The notes: generated by a model not told the origin, from the letters alone. 64,000 bases of DNA from Candidatus Levyibacteriota bacterium (GCA_016182425.1 JACPGP010000014.1:26846-90845), one strand, 5' to 3'. Positions 20,567-31,349 are shown, numbered from the stretch's first letter. A program made the numbers and translations.

Positions 20567-22242
20567 CAGCCAGACTGCGTTTTACTTTCTTTTTTATAGT
20601 TTTTAGCTTCCTAGTTATTATCGGAAGGCTTTTTTACTGGCAGATTGTGAAGGCGGAGGAACTATCGCTTCTTGGACAATCGCAGTATGACGCCTTTGTA
20701 AAGATAACACCCAAAAGAGGAGAAATAAAAACCTCGGATGGATTTCCTATTGTGGCAAACAAGGTCTCGTTTTTGGTTTTTGCGACTCCCAAAGAGGTAA
20801 AAGAAAAGAATAAAACAATTGATTTTATTTCCTCACTTTTAACCATTGATAGTGCAACAATCAGCGCTCAACTTTCCCTTCCTCGATTTTGGGTTCCGCT
20901 AAAAACAGGTGTTGATAATGCCACGAAAGAAATGATAGAGAAAACAAGAATTGCGGGTATTGGTTTTGAACCACAGTTTACACGTCTTTATCCCGAAAGC
21001 TCAATGGCAGCCCATCTTATCGGATTTGTTGGAAAAGATGAGAATGGGGAAGATAAAGGATATTTTGGTTTAGAGGGATTCTATAATAGACAATTAAGAG
21101 GAAAATCGGGTATGGCGGTGCAGGCACGAGATGCGCTGGGTCGGCCAATTTTGTCTAGAATGAGTGGCAAGACAGGAGCGATTGATGGAAGGTCTTTTAT
21201 AGTAAATATTGATAGGGCAATACAGTTTATTGCAGAAAAGAGGTTAAAAAAAGGAATAGAAAGATATCAGGCAAGTGGGGGTATGGTTGGTATTCTTGAT
21301 CCGAAAACCGGTAATGTGCTAGCTATGGCTTCTTACCCTTCATTTGATCCAAAGACATACTGGGAATTTTCAGAAGATGTATACAAAAATCCTTTTATTT
21401 CAAATCTCTACGAACCAGGATCAACATTTAAAGCGTTGGTAATGGCCTCTGCTTTGGATGGTAAAGTTGTGAAACCAGAAACAAAATGCCCAGTCTGCGG
21501 CGGGCCGGTAAATTTAGGAGGATATGAAATAAGAACCTGGAACAATAAATATTATCAGAATTCAACCATGACTGATGTGATCATGCACTCAGATAACATA
21601 GGCATGGTCTACGCTGGGAGTATGCTTGGTATTGATCGTTTGCTTTCATATCTTAACAAGTTTGGTATAGGGCAGCTAACAGGAATTGATTTGCAGGGCG
21701 AGGTGGCACCCAACTTGCGTTCGGCTGATAAGTGGTATCCACTAGATATTGCAACACTCTCTTTTGGTCAAGGAATATCGGTAACGCCTATTGAGTTACT
21801 TTCTGGTTTTTCGGCAATTGCCAATGAGGGCAGGCGCATGGAGCCACATGTTGTTGCAAAAATTCAAACACCAGAGGGAGAGACGATAGTAATACCGCCA
21901 AAAGTTTTGGAGCAGCCGATTTCTCCTACAACGGCCAAAGTGATGACTGAAATGTTGATTAATGCTGTGTCAAATGGAGAGGCAAAATGGGCAAGGCCAA
22001 AGGGATATCGCATTGCAGGTAAAACTGGCACGTCACAAATACCTATTGCAGGACATTACGATCCAGATAAAACCATTGCATCCTTTATCGGGTTTGCACC
22101 AGCAGATGACCCCAAATTCTCGATGTTGGTGATTGTAGATCGTCCCACAACCTCAATCTACGGTTCCGAAACCGCCGCACCCATCTTTTTTGACATCGCC
22201 CGTGACCTTTTAACCTACTACAACATCCCCCCAACAGAATAA
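20563..22242 (+). CDS. ftsI: Class B penicillin-binding protein (FtsI-like)
   Basis: EPGSTFK, SDN and KTGT motifs; dcw position. Confidence 0.92.
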   Translation: MTARLRFTFFFIVFSFLVIIGRLFYWQIVKAEELSLLGQSQYDAFVKITPKRGEIKTSDGFPIVANKVSFLVFATPKEVKEKNKTIDFISSLLTIDSATISAQLSLPRFWVPLKTGVDNATKEMIEKTRIAGIGFEPQFTRLYPESSMAAHLIGFVGKDENGEDKGYFGLEGFYNRQLRGKSGMAVQARDALGRPILSRMSGKTGAIDGRSFIVNIDRAIQFIAEKRLKKGIERYQASGGMVGILDPKTGNVLAMASYPSFDPKTYWEFSEDVYKNPFISNLYEPGSTFKALVMASALDGKVVKPETKCPVCGGPVNLGGYEIRTWNNKYYQNSTMTDVIMHSDNIGMVYAGSMLGIDRLLSYLNKFGIGQLTGIDLQGEVAPNLRSADKWYPLDIATLSFGQGISVTPIELLSGFSAIANEGRRMEPHVVAKIQTPEGETIVIPPKVLEQPISPTTAKVMTEMLINAVSNGEAKWARPKGYRIAGKTGTSQIPIAGHYDPDKTIASFIGFAPADDPKFSMLVIVDRPTTSIYGSETAAPIFFDIARDLLTYYNIPPTE

Positions 22243-22259
22243 TTTCTTCTCAAAAACGG

Positions 22260-22265
22260 TATAAT
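22260..22265 (+). promoter_or_regulatory. -10 box of a probable leaderless murE promoter
   Basis: TATAAT 7 nt before ATG 22273; no Shine-Dalgarno. Confidence 0.6.
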
Positions 22266-22272
22266 AGAGCCT

Positions 22273-23412
22273 ATGTGGCAAGATGTTAAGAATGTACATC
22301 ACTTTTTTAGTTCTGTTTTGGCAAATGTTTGGTATGGGTTTCCCTCAAAAAAACTGACTGTTATTGGTGTTACGGGGACAGATGGAAAGACGACAACAGT
22401 TAATCTTATCTATCACATCTTAAAAAATGTAGGATACGAGGTTTCAATGATTTCATCGGTGGGCGCAGTTATCAATGGTAAAAAATATGATATAGGGTTT
22501 CATGTGACCACGCCATCAGCTTGGCAGATACAAAAATTTTTAACAAAAGCAAAAGGGTGTTTAATACTTGAAGTTACTTCACACGCGCTTGATCAATACC
22601 GGGTGTGGGGTATAGATTTTGCAGTTGGGGTTTTGACTAATATAACTAATGAGCACTTGGATTATCACAAAAGCTACGATAACTACGTGAGGACAAAAGT
22701 TCGGCTGCTTAAGAAAGCAAAAATTGCCGTAGTAAATAGGGATGACGACTCCTATGGAGTGATTTCCAATAAATTTATAACGTACGGAATCAAAAATAAG
22801 GCTGATGTAACGCCTAAAGTTTTTCCATTCAAAACTAAGTTGATTGGAGATTTTAATAAATATAATATTTTGGCTGCGGTTACAGCTTGTCGCCAACTTG
22901 GGGTTTCCGATGATAAAATACGCTATGCTATCGAAACATTTACGTTACCTGTTGGTAGAGCAGAGGTGATGCATGAGGATAATTTTACGGTAATGATTGA
23001 TTTTGCTCATACACCAAATGCCCTGGAGCAGATACTGCGATCCTTAAGACCTGAAATTAAGGGGAGAATTATTCATGTCTTTGGAAGTGCTGGAGAAAGA
23101 GACAGACAAAAACGACCCAAAATGGGTGAAGTGTCGGCAAAGTACGCCGATGTTATTGTTTTGACAGCTGAAGATCCAAGATCAGAATCAATGGAAAAAA
23201 TTATGGAGGATATAGAGCTGGGAATTCAGAATAAAACCGTGATAAAGATTACAGACAGACAGGAGGCGATAACGGCTGCAATTAAGATGGCAAAGAAGGG
23301 AGATTTTGTTTTATTAACAGGAAAAAGCCATGAGCAGTCAATGAATTATGGAAAAGGCGAGGAGCCATGGAATGAATTTGATGCAGTAAAACAAGCATTA
23401 AAAGAATTATGA
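22273..23412 (+). CDS. murE: UDP-MurNAc-tripeptide synthetase, lacking most of the N-terminal domain
   Basis: GVTGTDGKTTT, EVTSHAL, EHLDYH, DFAHTP, EDPRSE, GKSHE. Confidence 0.9.
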   Translation: MWQDVKNVHHFFSSVLANVWYGFPSKKLTVIGVTGTDGKTTTVNLIYHILKNVGYEVSMISSVGAVINGKKYDIGFHVTTPSAWQIQKFLTKAKGCLILEVTSHALDQYRVWGIDFAVGVLTNITNEHLDYHKSYDNYVRTKVRLLKKAKIAVVNRDDDSYGVISNKFITYGIKNKADVTPKVFPFKTKLIGDFNKYNILAAVTACRQLGVSDDKIRYAIETFTLPVGRAEVMHEDNFTVMIDFAHTPNALEQILRSLRPEIKGRIIHVFGSAGERDRQKRPKMGEVSAKYADVIVLTAEDPRSESMEKIMEDIELGIQNKTVIKITDRQEAITAAIKMAKKGDFVLLTGKSHEQSMNYGKGEEPWNEFDAVKQALKEL

Positions 23413-24830
23413 GTAAGATTAAATCAATTCATTTTGTAGGCATAAAAGGGGTTGGGATGGCGCCTTTGGCGATTATTGCTAAAGAAGCAGGATTTCGTGT
23501 TTCCGGTTGTGACATCAAGGAGGAGTTTATTACAGATGAGCCACTACAAAAAGCCGGTATTATTCCAATTGTGGGTTTTAGTAAGAATCATATTAGGTCT
23601 TGTGATTTAATTATTACTACAGGAGCACATGGCGGGTTTGATAACCTTGAGGTTGTAAGCGCAAGAGAGCAGGGTATCCCTATATGGACCCAGGGAGAGG
23701 CTGTTGGGAAATTTATGGAGGGGGAGATTTTTAATAGGAAGCAGTTTGGTATTTCGATTACCGGATCACATGGTAAAACTACCACAACCGCCATGCTGGC
23801 GACTGTTTTGAAGCAGGCGGGAATGGATCCTTCGTATATTGTTGGAACCGGCATTGTTCCATCTTTGGGAAGCAACGGACATTATGGTCGTGGAAAATAT
23901 TTTGTTGCCGAGGCAGATGAGTATGCGACTGAACCCAGTTATGATAAAACCGTTAAATTTCTGTGGCAGCGTCCGGAAATTGCGATTTTTACCAATATTG
24001 AGCTTGATCATACCGATTTGTATCCATCGGTTGATGTTATCCGAGAGGCATTTTTGCAATTTGCCAATCAGCTTCCTTTAAAGGGTGTGCTTATAGCGTA
24101 TGGTTCTGATCCACAGGTGCATAAACTATTGAGAGAGTTCAGAGGTCATTCGATTACCTATGGGTTTACACAAGACAATGATTTTGCCATTACAAGGGTT
24201 AGTAATTCCGATGCGCAAACATTCTTTTGGTTGTCAAACAAAGGTAATTCGCTTGGAGAATTTACGCTTTCCATCCCTGGAGAACATAATACTCTTAATG
24301 CAACTGCGGCAATTATAGCCAGTCTTGAGTGCGGAATTTCGATTGATTTAATAAAGCGAGGACTTATCAAGTTTGTGGGAAGCAAGAGGAGATTTGAATA
24401 CGTTGGCACGCTGCCTTCAGGAGCATTACTATATGATGATTATGCACATCACCCTACAGAGATAAAAAAGACTTTGTCGGCATTTCGAAAGCGATTCCCA
24501 AAATATAAATTAGTTTGTTTTTTTCAACCGCATACTTATTCTCGAACAAAGTCATTGTTCGATCAATTTGTTAGTTCATTTAATGCTGCGGATACTGTTA
24601 TTATAAGCAATATTTATTCATCTCTTCGTGAAAGACCAGATCCAACCATATCATCGAAGCTTCTGGTTGATGGAATACGTAAGTTTCATAAAGAGGCGCT
24701 CTTTTTGCCAGAGCTTTATGATGTGGTAGAATATATCAAACGACAACAGTATGGAAAGGATACTGTTGTTATTACTATGGGAGCCGGCGATATCTACAAA
24801 ATAGGTCAAAAGTTAAAAGTCAAAAGTTAA
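23409..24830 (+). CDS. murC: UDP-MurNAc--L-alanine ligase
   Basis: HFVGIKGVGM, GSHGKTTTT, EADE, DDYAHHPTEI, FQPHTYSRT. Confidence 0.96.
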   Translation: MSKIKSIHFVGIKGVGMAPLAIIAKEAGFRVSGCDIKEEFITDEPLQKAGIIPIVGFSKNHIRSCDLIITTGAHGGFDNLEVVSAREQGIPIWTQGEAVGKFMEGEIFNRKQFGISITGSHGKTTTTAMLATVLKQAGMDPSYIVGTGIVPSLGSNGHYGRGKYFVAEADEYATEPSYDKTVKFLWQRPEIAIFTNIELDHTDLYPSVDVIREAFLQFANQLPLKGVLIAYGSDPQVHKLLREFRGHSITYGFTQDNDFAITRVSNSDAQTFFWLSNKGNSLGEFTLSIPGEHNTLNATAAIIASLECGISIDLIKRGLIKFVGSKRRFEYVGTLPSGALLYDDYAHHPTEIKKTLSAFRKRFPKYKLVCFFQPHTYSRTKSLFDQFVSSFNAADTVIISNIYSSLRERPDPTISSKLLVDGIRKFHKEALFLPELYDVVEYIKRQQYGKDTVVITMGAGDIYKIGQKLKVKS

Positions 24831-24836
24831 AAGTTA
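24809..24836 (+). repeat. (AAAGTYA)x4 heptamer array across the murC stop and murB start
   Basis: Read directly. Confidence 0.93.
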
Positions 24837-25813
24837 TGGACACGAAAAGAAAAGAACTAGAGAAACTATTTGGATCAAGATTACGGCAAAATGAGCCGAT
24901 GAGTGCTCATACCACTTTTAAGATTGGTGGGCCTGCGCAGTATTATCTTGATGTCGATAAAACAGAGGATATTGTAAAGGCAGTAAAAGCGGCAAAGAGG
25001 CTTGGAATACCCCTTTTTATCTTTGGTGGAGGATCGAATATTATTATTTCGGATAATGGCATGAAAGGGCTTGTTATTAAAAATAATTGTCGAAAATTCG
25101 ATGTCTTCCAAATGAGCGGCAGAATAAAAAACCAAAAAATTGACCTCGCAAAAGCGCTGGTATTTGCCGAGGGAGGAGTGATTATGAATCAACTTGTTCG
25201 TTTTACCATAGAACAGAGTTTAGGTGGCCTGGAGTATCAATTAGGATTGCCAGGGACAGTGGGAGGAGGAGTATGCATGAACTCCAATTTTCCTAGAATT
25301 GGAGTCTATGTCGGAGATTGTTTGTACAGCGCAAAACTTGTGACGAAAGATGGCGAAGTGAAAGAGGTTGATAATAGTTACTTTCATTTTGCCTATGATA
25401 AGAGCATTTTGCAAGAGAGCAAAGAGATTGTTTTGTCAGTTGTTTTTCGGCTTTCACCAGAAGACAAAAAAATATTATGGGAGCGGGGAATGGAGGCTCT
25501 TGATTATCGTAATAGTACACAACCAAAAGGAGCTTCAGCTGGATGTACCTTTAGAAATATTTCAATTGTTGATGCGATGCGAGTTCCTACTCCTGATCGA
25601 ATTACCTCTGCGGGTTATCTTATTGATAAAACAGGCTTAAAAGGAAAAAGAATAGGAGATGCAATGATTTCTGATATGCATGCGAATTTTATTCTTAATA
25701 TGGGGCATGCTAAGGCAGAAGACGTGTTAGCTCTTGTGAATCTCATAAAAGATGAGGTGAAAAGAAAATTTGACGTACCGCTGCATTTGGAAGTAAAAAC
25801 CATTGGGTTTTGA
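24836..25813 (+). CDS. murB: UDP-N-acetylenolpyruvoylglucosamine reductase
   Basis: HTTFKIGGPA, GGGSN, PGTVGG, SAGCTFRN, HANFILN. Confidence 0.96.
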   Translation: MDTKRKELEKLFGSRLRQNEPMSAHTTFKIGGPAQYYLDVDKTEDIVKAVKAAKRLGIPLFIFGGGSNIIISDNGMKGLVIKNNCRKFDVFQMSGRIKNQKIDLAKALVFAEGGVIMNQLVRFTIEQSLGGLEYQLGLPGTVGGGVCMNSNFPRIGVYVGDCLYSAKLVTKDGEVKEVDNSYFHFAYDKSILQESKEIVLSVVFRLSPEDKKILWERGMEALDYRNSTQPKGASAGCTFRNISIVDAMRVPTPDRITSAGYLIDKTGLKGKRIGDAMISDMHANFILNMGHAKAEDVLALVNLIKDEVKRKFDVPLHLEVKTIGF

Positions 25814-25818
25814 GGTTT

Positions 25819-27144
25819 ATGGAAAAATTTATTGTGAATGGCGGAAAAAAACTAACTGGACAGATAAAAGTTTCAGGTGCAAAAAATGTTGTGCTAAAGG
25901 CTCTTGTAGCAGCATGTTTAACAGACGAGGAGGTTATTATTGAAAATGTTCCGCTTATTTCTGATTTATTCACAATGATTGGAATCATCAAAGAGCTTGG
26001 CGGAACAGCAAAAGTTCATGATCATACGGTTATGGTAAAAATGGAAACAATTACCAACAAAAAGATTGCTTTAGATAAAGCAGCAGAGGTTCGAACTTCC
26101 TCGCTCTTTTTAGCGCCACTTTTAGCCCGTACTGGTGAGGCGTTGGTGCCAAATCCTGGAGGCTGTCGCATTGGAGCGCGTCCAATTGATAGAACCATTG
26201 AGGGACTTAGAAAAATGAATGTGTCAATTACATATAACAGCAAAGATGGGTATTTTCATGCCAAGACCAAAGACTTGCTGGGAGTGGAGTATTTATTTGA
26301 AAAGAGTACCCATACCGGAACAGAAACAATGATTCTAGTCTCTGTTTTAGCAAAAGGGCAGACAATATTGCGTAACGCTGCACAAGAGCCCGAAATAGAC
26401 GAACTTATAGAATTTCTAAATCTGATGGGTGCTCAAATTCGAAAAACACAAGATCGAACAATTATTATTGATGGCGTTTCTAAATTGCATGGAGGAAAAT
26501 TGATAGTAGGGCCGGATAGAAACGAAGTTGTTACTTATGCTATTGCAGCAATCATTACTGAGGGAGATATTACAGTGCAAGGAACGAATGTAAAAGGGCT
26601 TGTTGATTTTTTGGATGCCTTAGAAGCATGCGGGGCAGGATATGAGAAAAAAGAAAACGGCATACGCTTTTTTTACAAGAGAGAGTTGCGAGCAACAAAC
26701 ATAACAACTTCGTATTATCCTGGATTTATGACTGATTGGCAAAGTCCCTGGGCGGTTTTAATGACAAAAGCACATGGAACATCAGTTATTCACGAAACTG
26801 TTTTTGAGAGCAGATTTGGATACGTAGAAGAGCTTAGAAAAATGGGCGCACACATTACTTTCTTTAATCCCAAGGTAAAAGATTCAGAAAAAGTATATAA
26901 CTTTAATCTCGATAAAGAAGCAGCAAGTAGTTTTCATGCTATTAAAGTTTATGGACCAACGCAGTTGCATAATGCAGTAGTACATATATCGGATTTACGA
27001 GCAGGAGCAACGCTTGTTTTGGCAGCTTTGGCGGCATTTGGAACAAGCGCTATTTTTGGGGTGGAGAAGCTCGATCGAGGATATGAGGCATTTGATAGAT
27101 GTCTTTCACATTTGGGGGCAGATATCAAGCGGATAAAAGAATAA
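25819..27144 (+). CDS. murA: UDP-GlcNAc enolpyruvyl transferase
   Basis: SGAKN, PGGCRIGARP, PGFMTD, DLRAGA, LDRGYE. Confidence 0.96.
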   Translation: MEKFIVNGGKKLTGQIKVSGAKNVVLKALVAACLTDEEVIIENVPLISDLFTMIGIIKELGGTAKVHDHTVMVKMETITNKKIALDKAAEVRTSSLFLAPLLARTGEALVPNPGGCRIGARPIDRTIEGLRKMNVSITYNSKDGYFHAKTKDLLGVEYLFEKSTHTGTETMILVSVLAKGQTILRNAAQEPEIDELIEFLNLMGAQIRKTQDRTIIIDGVSKLHGGKLIVGPDRNEVVTYAIAAIITEGDITVQGTNVKGLVDFLDALEACGAGYEKKENGIRFFYKRELRATNITTSYYPGFMTDWQSPWAVLMTKAHGTSVIHETVFESRFGYVEELRKMGAHITFFNPKVKDSEKVYNFNLDKEAASSFHAIKVYGPTQLHNAVVHISDLRAGATLVLAALAAFGTSAIFGVEKLDRGYEAFDRCLSHLGADIKRIKE

Positions 27145-27147
27145 TAT

Positions 27148-28413
27148 ATGCAGGCAGTTATTTTAGCAGCTGGTCAGTCAAGCAGGCTGTACCCATTTTC
27201 CGAAAATAAGCATAAATCGTTTGTATCTCTTTTTGGAAAACCACTTCTTGTGCATACAGTTGAGGCCATAAAGAAGGCAGGGATTTTTGATATTGTGATT
27301 ATTGTTAACGAAAGATCAAATGCACAAAGTATTTTAGGGTTTGGTGAAAAGTTTGGGGTTAGTATTTCATATGTCGTACAGAGGCAGGCAAATGGTATGG
27401 GTGATGCCCTGCTTATGGCAAAAAGCATATTGCAAGATGAATTTACTGTGATACATGGGTACCATGTTGATGCCGAACCGCTCATACAGAAAATTCTTGA
27501 AAAAAAACATACAGGGGTAAAGTCGGTATTGGTGGTAAAAAAAAGCGCTGATTACCGCAAGCATGGTGTTGTTTCGGTTTCAGGGAATCGAGTTACTTCA
27601 GTTGCAGAAAAACCAGAGACGGGTAAAAAAGAAGAGCTATGTATTATTGGGGTGTACTTACTGTCGAAAGATTTTATTTTTGTACTAGAAAAGACACCAA
27701 AGGAGCATTACCAGTTTGAAACTGCTCTATCTAGATTTGCCAAAAATGGCAAACTTTCGTATGTTGCAGTATCTACTCCAACCATAACACTGAAATACCC
27801 ATGGGAACTGCTGGAGGTAAAAGATTACTTGCTGCAAAAGATACAGAAAATAAAGAAAAAAATAGGAAATAACGTCGTAATCGCAAAAAGCGCAGAGCTT
27901 ATTGGTGATGTTTGGATTGGTAATAATGTTGTAATTTTGGAAGGGGCTAGAGTAAAAGGTCCCTGTTACATTGGAGATAATGTAACTATTGGTACAAATG
28001 CGATTCTTCGAAACGGCTGCGTTATTGAAAGTGATTGTGTAATAGGAGCTCACATGGAGGTGAAGAATAGTATTCTTATGAAGAATACAACGACACATTC
28101 TGGGTTTATTGGCGACTCTGTGATTGGAGAAAACTGTAAGATTGCCGCAAAAATTACCACCGCAAATGTAAGACTGGATCGTCAGCCCATCAAAGTAACG
28201 GTAAAAGGCGAAAAGGTGGACACAAATAAAAGGTCCCTTGGAGTACTTATGGGAAGCAATGTTACCGTTGGGATAAATTGTTCGATTATGCCAGGGATTA
28301 TTATTGGTAATAATGTTGTTATTGGACCATCAACAACTGTTAAAAGTAACATTCAAAGCAATGTTACTTATTATACAAAGTTTCATGAGGTTATTGAGGA
28401 AAAAAGCGTATGA
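27148..28413 (+). CDS. glmU: Bifunctional sugar-1-phosphate nucleotidylyltransferase/acetyltransferase (archaeal-GlmU-like)
   Basis: ILAAGQSSRL, YPWELL, hexapeptide C-terminus; two genes upstream of glmS. Confidence 0.8.
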   Translation: MQAVILAAGQSSRLYPFSENKHKSFVSLFGKPLLVHTVEAIKKAGIFDIVIIVNERSNAQSILGFGEKFGVSISYVVQRQANGMGDALLMAKSILQDEFTVIHGYHVDAEPLIQKILEKKHTGVKSVLVVKKSADYRKHGVVSVSGNRVTSVAEKPETGKKEELCIIGVYLLSKDFIFVLEKTPKEHYQFETALSRFAKNGKLSYVAVSTPTITLKYPWELLEVKDYLLQKIQKIKKKIGNNVVIAKSAELIGDVWIGNNVVILEGARVKGPCYIGDNVTIGTNAILRNGCVIESDCVIGAHMEVKNSILMKNTTTHSGFIGDSVIGENCKIAAKITTANVRLDRQPIKVTVKGEKVDTNKRSLGVLMGSNVTVGINCSIMPGIIIGNNVVIGPSTTVKSNIQSNVTYYTKFHEVIEEKSV

Positions 28414-28883
28414 AACAAAAAGTTATTCTTTTTGACATTGATTACACACTTTTCGATACGGAAAAGTTTAAGGGCACGAATTTGCAGACGTTTTCACTGT
28501 ATGAAGAAGCAGTTGATGTCTTGGCAAAGCTAAAAGAAAATGCGTATCTTGGGATTTTTTCTGAAGGAAATCATAATCTGCAAAAAACAAAATTACTTAA
28601 AACAAAGATTCATAATAGTTTTGCGAAAAGATACATACATATTGTAGCAAATAAAGAAGAGAAAGTAGAAGAGATCTTGAAAAAATATAAAAAATATTTG
28701 GTATTTCTTGTTGACGACAAACTTACTGTTTTATACCAGGCAAAGCAGTTGTTTCCTTCTCTTGTTACAATTTGGGTAAAACGAGGGAGATATGCGTTGA
28801 AGCAGTCTCCTATTGAAGGCTTTACACCAGATGCTATAATAGGAAGCCTTCGGGAACTCCCCCCGATTGTTTTGAGTAAATAA
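28410..28883 (+). CDS. HAD-family hydrolase
   Basis: FDIDYTL and VDD motifs. Confidence 0.8.
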   Translation: MKQKVILFDIDYTLFDTEKFKGTNLQTFSLYEEAVDVLAKLKENAYLGIFSEGNHNLQKTKLLKTKIHNSFAKRYIHIVANKEEKVEEILKKYKKYLVFLVDDKLTVLYQAKQLFPSLVTIWVKRGRYALKQSPIEGFTPDAIIGSLRELPPIVLSK

Positions 28884-28884
28884 T

Positions 28885-30648
28885 ATGTGCGGAATATTTG
28901 GATACGTTGGAAACAGTAATAATGCAGCAGGCATTGTTTTGGCAGGATTGCGGCTTCTAGAATATCGTGGGTACGATTCCTGGGGCATTTCGGTAAAGCG
29001 TGGAAAAAAGCTAGATGTTGATAAACACACTGGGAAGATTGAACAAGCGATTACACAACTTCCCAAAAGTACATTGGGAATTGGTCATACCCGTTGGGCA
29101 ACGCATGGAGGAGTTACTACTGTCAATGCGCATCCACACCTTGATTGCACAAAGGAAGTTGCAGTGGTTCATAACGGAATTGTGGAAAACTTTTTGGAAT
29201 TAAAAGAGGAGCTTCAAAGGATTGGTCACCATTTTGTTTCAGAAACCGATACAGAAGTTATTGCTCATCTGATTGAGGAATACTTAAAAAAAGAGGGGTT
29301 TGCTTCTTCAGTTCGTGATGCATTCAACAGGCTAAAAGGACTTAGCGCTATCGTTGTGGCCTATGCTCCATCCGCTGAAATTATTGCTGCAAAGAGTGGT
29401 TCGCCCTTGGTTGTGGGAGTGGGAGACAATGAGTTTTTTGTAGCATCAGATGCGGTGGGTATTGTAAAGCATACCAGGCGCGTTATTTTTATGGAAGATA
29501 ACGATATGGTAATCTTAGGGAAAAAACTAAAGCTTATTCGTTTGCCAGAGGGAAAAGTGGTAAAACCGCTGTTTCATACGATTGATTGGGAGTTTAAGAA
29601 TGTACAAAAAGGGAAATATAAACATTTCTTACTTAAGGAGATTTACGAACAGCCCCAAGTGGTTGAGAATATTGCCATAAATTATGGAGCAGATACGAAG
29701 CGGCTTTCCAAACTTATAGAGGAGGCGTTTGGTACGTTTATGCTGGGGTGCGGTACCGCGTCGTATGCGGCCATAGCAGGAACGTATCTTTTTTCCCGCG
29801 TTGCAAAAAAACATGTTAATTTTTCTATTGGCTCGGAATTTGCTTATCTTGAGGATTATTTAACCCCAAAGAGTTTGCTGATTGCAATTTCTCAAAGTGG
29901 GGAGACTATTGATGTTGTTGCTCCGGTTGAGAAAGCACGAAAAAGAGGATCACAAATAGCAGCTATAGTCAATGTTATTGGCTCCACACTTTATAGACAA
30001 GCACAGCATAAAATTTTACTTGGGGCTGGGGTAGAAAAAGCAGTAGTATCAACAAAAAGTTTTATTGCAATGGTGGCTATTTTAATTTTAACAGCCTACA
30101 CGAGCGCAAAAAGGCAAGAAGAGGCAAAGGAGCTTTTGATGCAGGCTGCAGGTAACATACGAGTGATATTACAAAACGCATATGTAAAAAGAATAAAAGA
30201 GCTGGCAAAAAAGCTTGTTAAGAGTTCACACATATTTGTTATTGGGAGAGGACTTGCTTATGCAACAGCGCTGGAAACAGCACTAAAATTAAAGGAAACA
30301 AGCTACGTTCATGCCGAGGGATTTGCGGGGGGAGAGCTTAAACACGGGGTAATTGCACTAATTGACAATGAGACTCCTTGTATTGTGATTGCTCCAAATG
30401 ATGAAACATATGATGATATTATTTCAAACGCTCAAGAAATTAAGGCAAGAGGCGGTTTTATTATTGGGGTGGGGCCTAAGAATAACAATGTTTTTGATAT
30501 TTTTTTGGAAACATCTGATGCAGGAGATGCGACAATGTTATCCCAAATAGTATTAGCCCAGCTTCTTGCTTATTACCTGGCGCTGTATAGAGGTATTAAA
30601 GACCCAGATAAGCCAAGGAATTTGGCCAAGAGCGTGACGGTAAAATGA
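28885..30648 (+). CDS. glmS: Glutamine--fructose-6-phosphate transaminase
   Basis: MCGIFG, LEYRGYDS, GHTRWATHG, DKPRNLAKSVTV. Confidence 0.97.
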   Translation: MCGIFGYVGNSNNAAGIVLAGLRLLEYRGYDSWGISVKRGKKLDVDKHTGKIEQAITQLPKSTLGIGHTRWATHGGVTTVNAHPHLDCTKEVAVVHNGIVENFLELKEELQRIGHHFVSETDTEVIAHLIEEYLKKEGFASSVRDAFNRLKGLSAIVVAYAPSAEIIAAKSGSPLVVGVGDNEFFVASDAVGIVKHTRRVIFMEDNDMVILGKKLKLIRLPEGKVVKPLFHTIDWEFKNVQKGKYKHFLLKEIYEQPQVVENIAINYGADTKRLSKLIEEAFGTFMLGCGTASYAAIAGTYLFSRVAKKHVNFSIGSEFAYLEDYLTPKSLLIAISQSGETIDVVAPVEKARKRGSQIAAIVNVIGSTLYRQAQHKILLGAGVEKAVVSTKSFIAMVAILILTAYTSAKRQEEAKELLMQAAGNIRVILQNAYVKRIKELAKKLVKSSHIFVIGRGLAYATALETALKLKETSYVHAEGFAGGELKHGVIALIDNETPCIVIAPNDETYDDIISNAQEIKARGGFIIGVGPKNNNVFDIFLETSDAGDATMLSQIVLAQLLAYYLALYRGIKDPDKPRNLAKSVTVK

Positions 30649-31349
30649 AAAAAAACCCAGTTATTATTCTTCATGGTTGGGGTCTTCATGGCGGCGCTTA
30701 TCATCAACTTATAAAATTACTTACTGGTAAGGGTCATAGAGTATATGCTCCAGATTTGCCAGGTTTTGGATCAGAACCCCTGGTTAATAAAATCATGACG
30801 CTTGATGACTATGTAAATTTTCTCCATTTCTTCATAAAGAAACATAAAATTACATCTCCTGTGATAATTGGTCATTCATTTGGGGGAAGAGTAGCAATAA
30901 AATATTGCTGGCAGATCCCGCAGGAAGTATCAAAACTTATTATTACTGGTGTTCCAGTAATACGTCGCGATACTATTAAAATGAAATTAGCGTATATTAT
31001 GGCAGTAGTTGGTGGGTTGGTATTAAAAACTTTTCCTTTAAAAGTGCAGCAGGCGATGCGCAAACTTTTATATAGATTAATAGGCGAATGGGATTATTAC
31101 AGAGCAGGTCCCCTAAAGCAGGTGTTTAAAAATATTATTAGCGAGCAGTTGATCGAGTATGTAAAAAATCTTCAGGTACCAGTTATTCTGGTTTGGGGGA
31201 GAGAGGATCGTATTACCCCTTGTTCTGATGTCGAGAAAATCAAAAGACTTATTCCCGGTGCGCGATCTGTCATTATTCCAAATACAGGCCATAAACTTCC
31301 TTATTTGAATCCAGGTAAGTTTTTTGAAGCAATACAAATTGAGTTATGA
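30645..31349 (+). CDS. Alpha/beta hydrolase
   Basis: LHGWG, DLPGFG, GHSFGG, WGRED, GH. Confidence 0.9.
   Translation: MKKNPVIILHGWGLHGGAYHQLIKLLTGKGHRVYAPDLPGFGSEPLVNKIMTLDDYVNFLHFFIKKHKITSPVIIGHSFGGRVAIKYCWQIPQEVSKLIITGVPVIRRDTIKMKLAYIMAVVGGLVLKTFPLKVQQAMRKLLYRLIGEWDYYRAGPLKQVFKNIISEQLIEYVKNLQVPVILVWGREDRITPCSDVEKIKRLIPGARSVIIPNTGHKLPYLNPGKFFEAIQIEL

Noticed and set aside
880..24836. Heptamer arrays as CRISPR repeats or iterons
   Set aside because: Units are only 7 nt, have no spacers, lie inside genes, and no cas or rep genes are present
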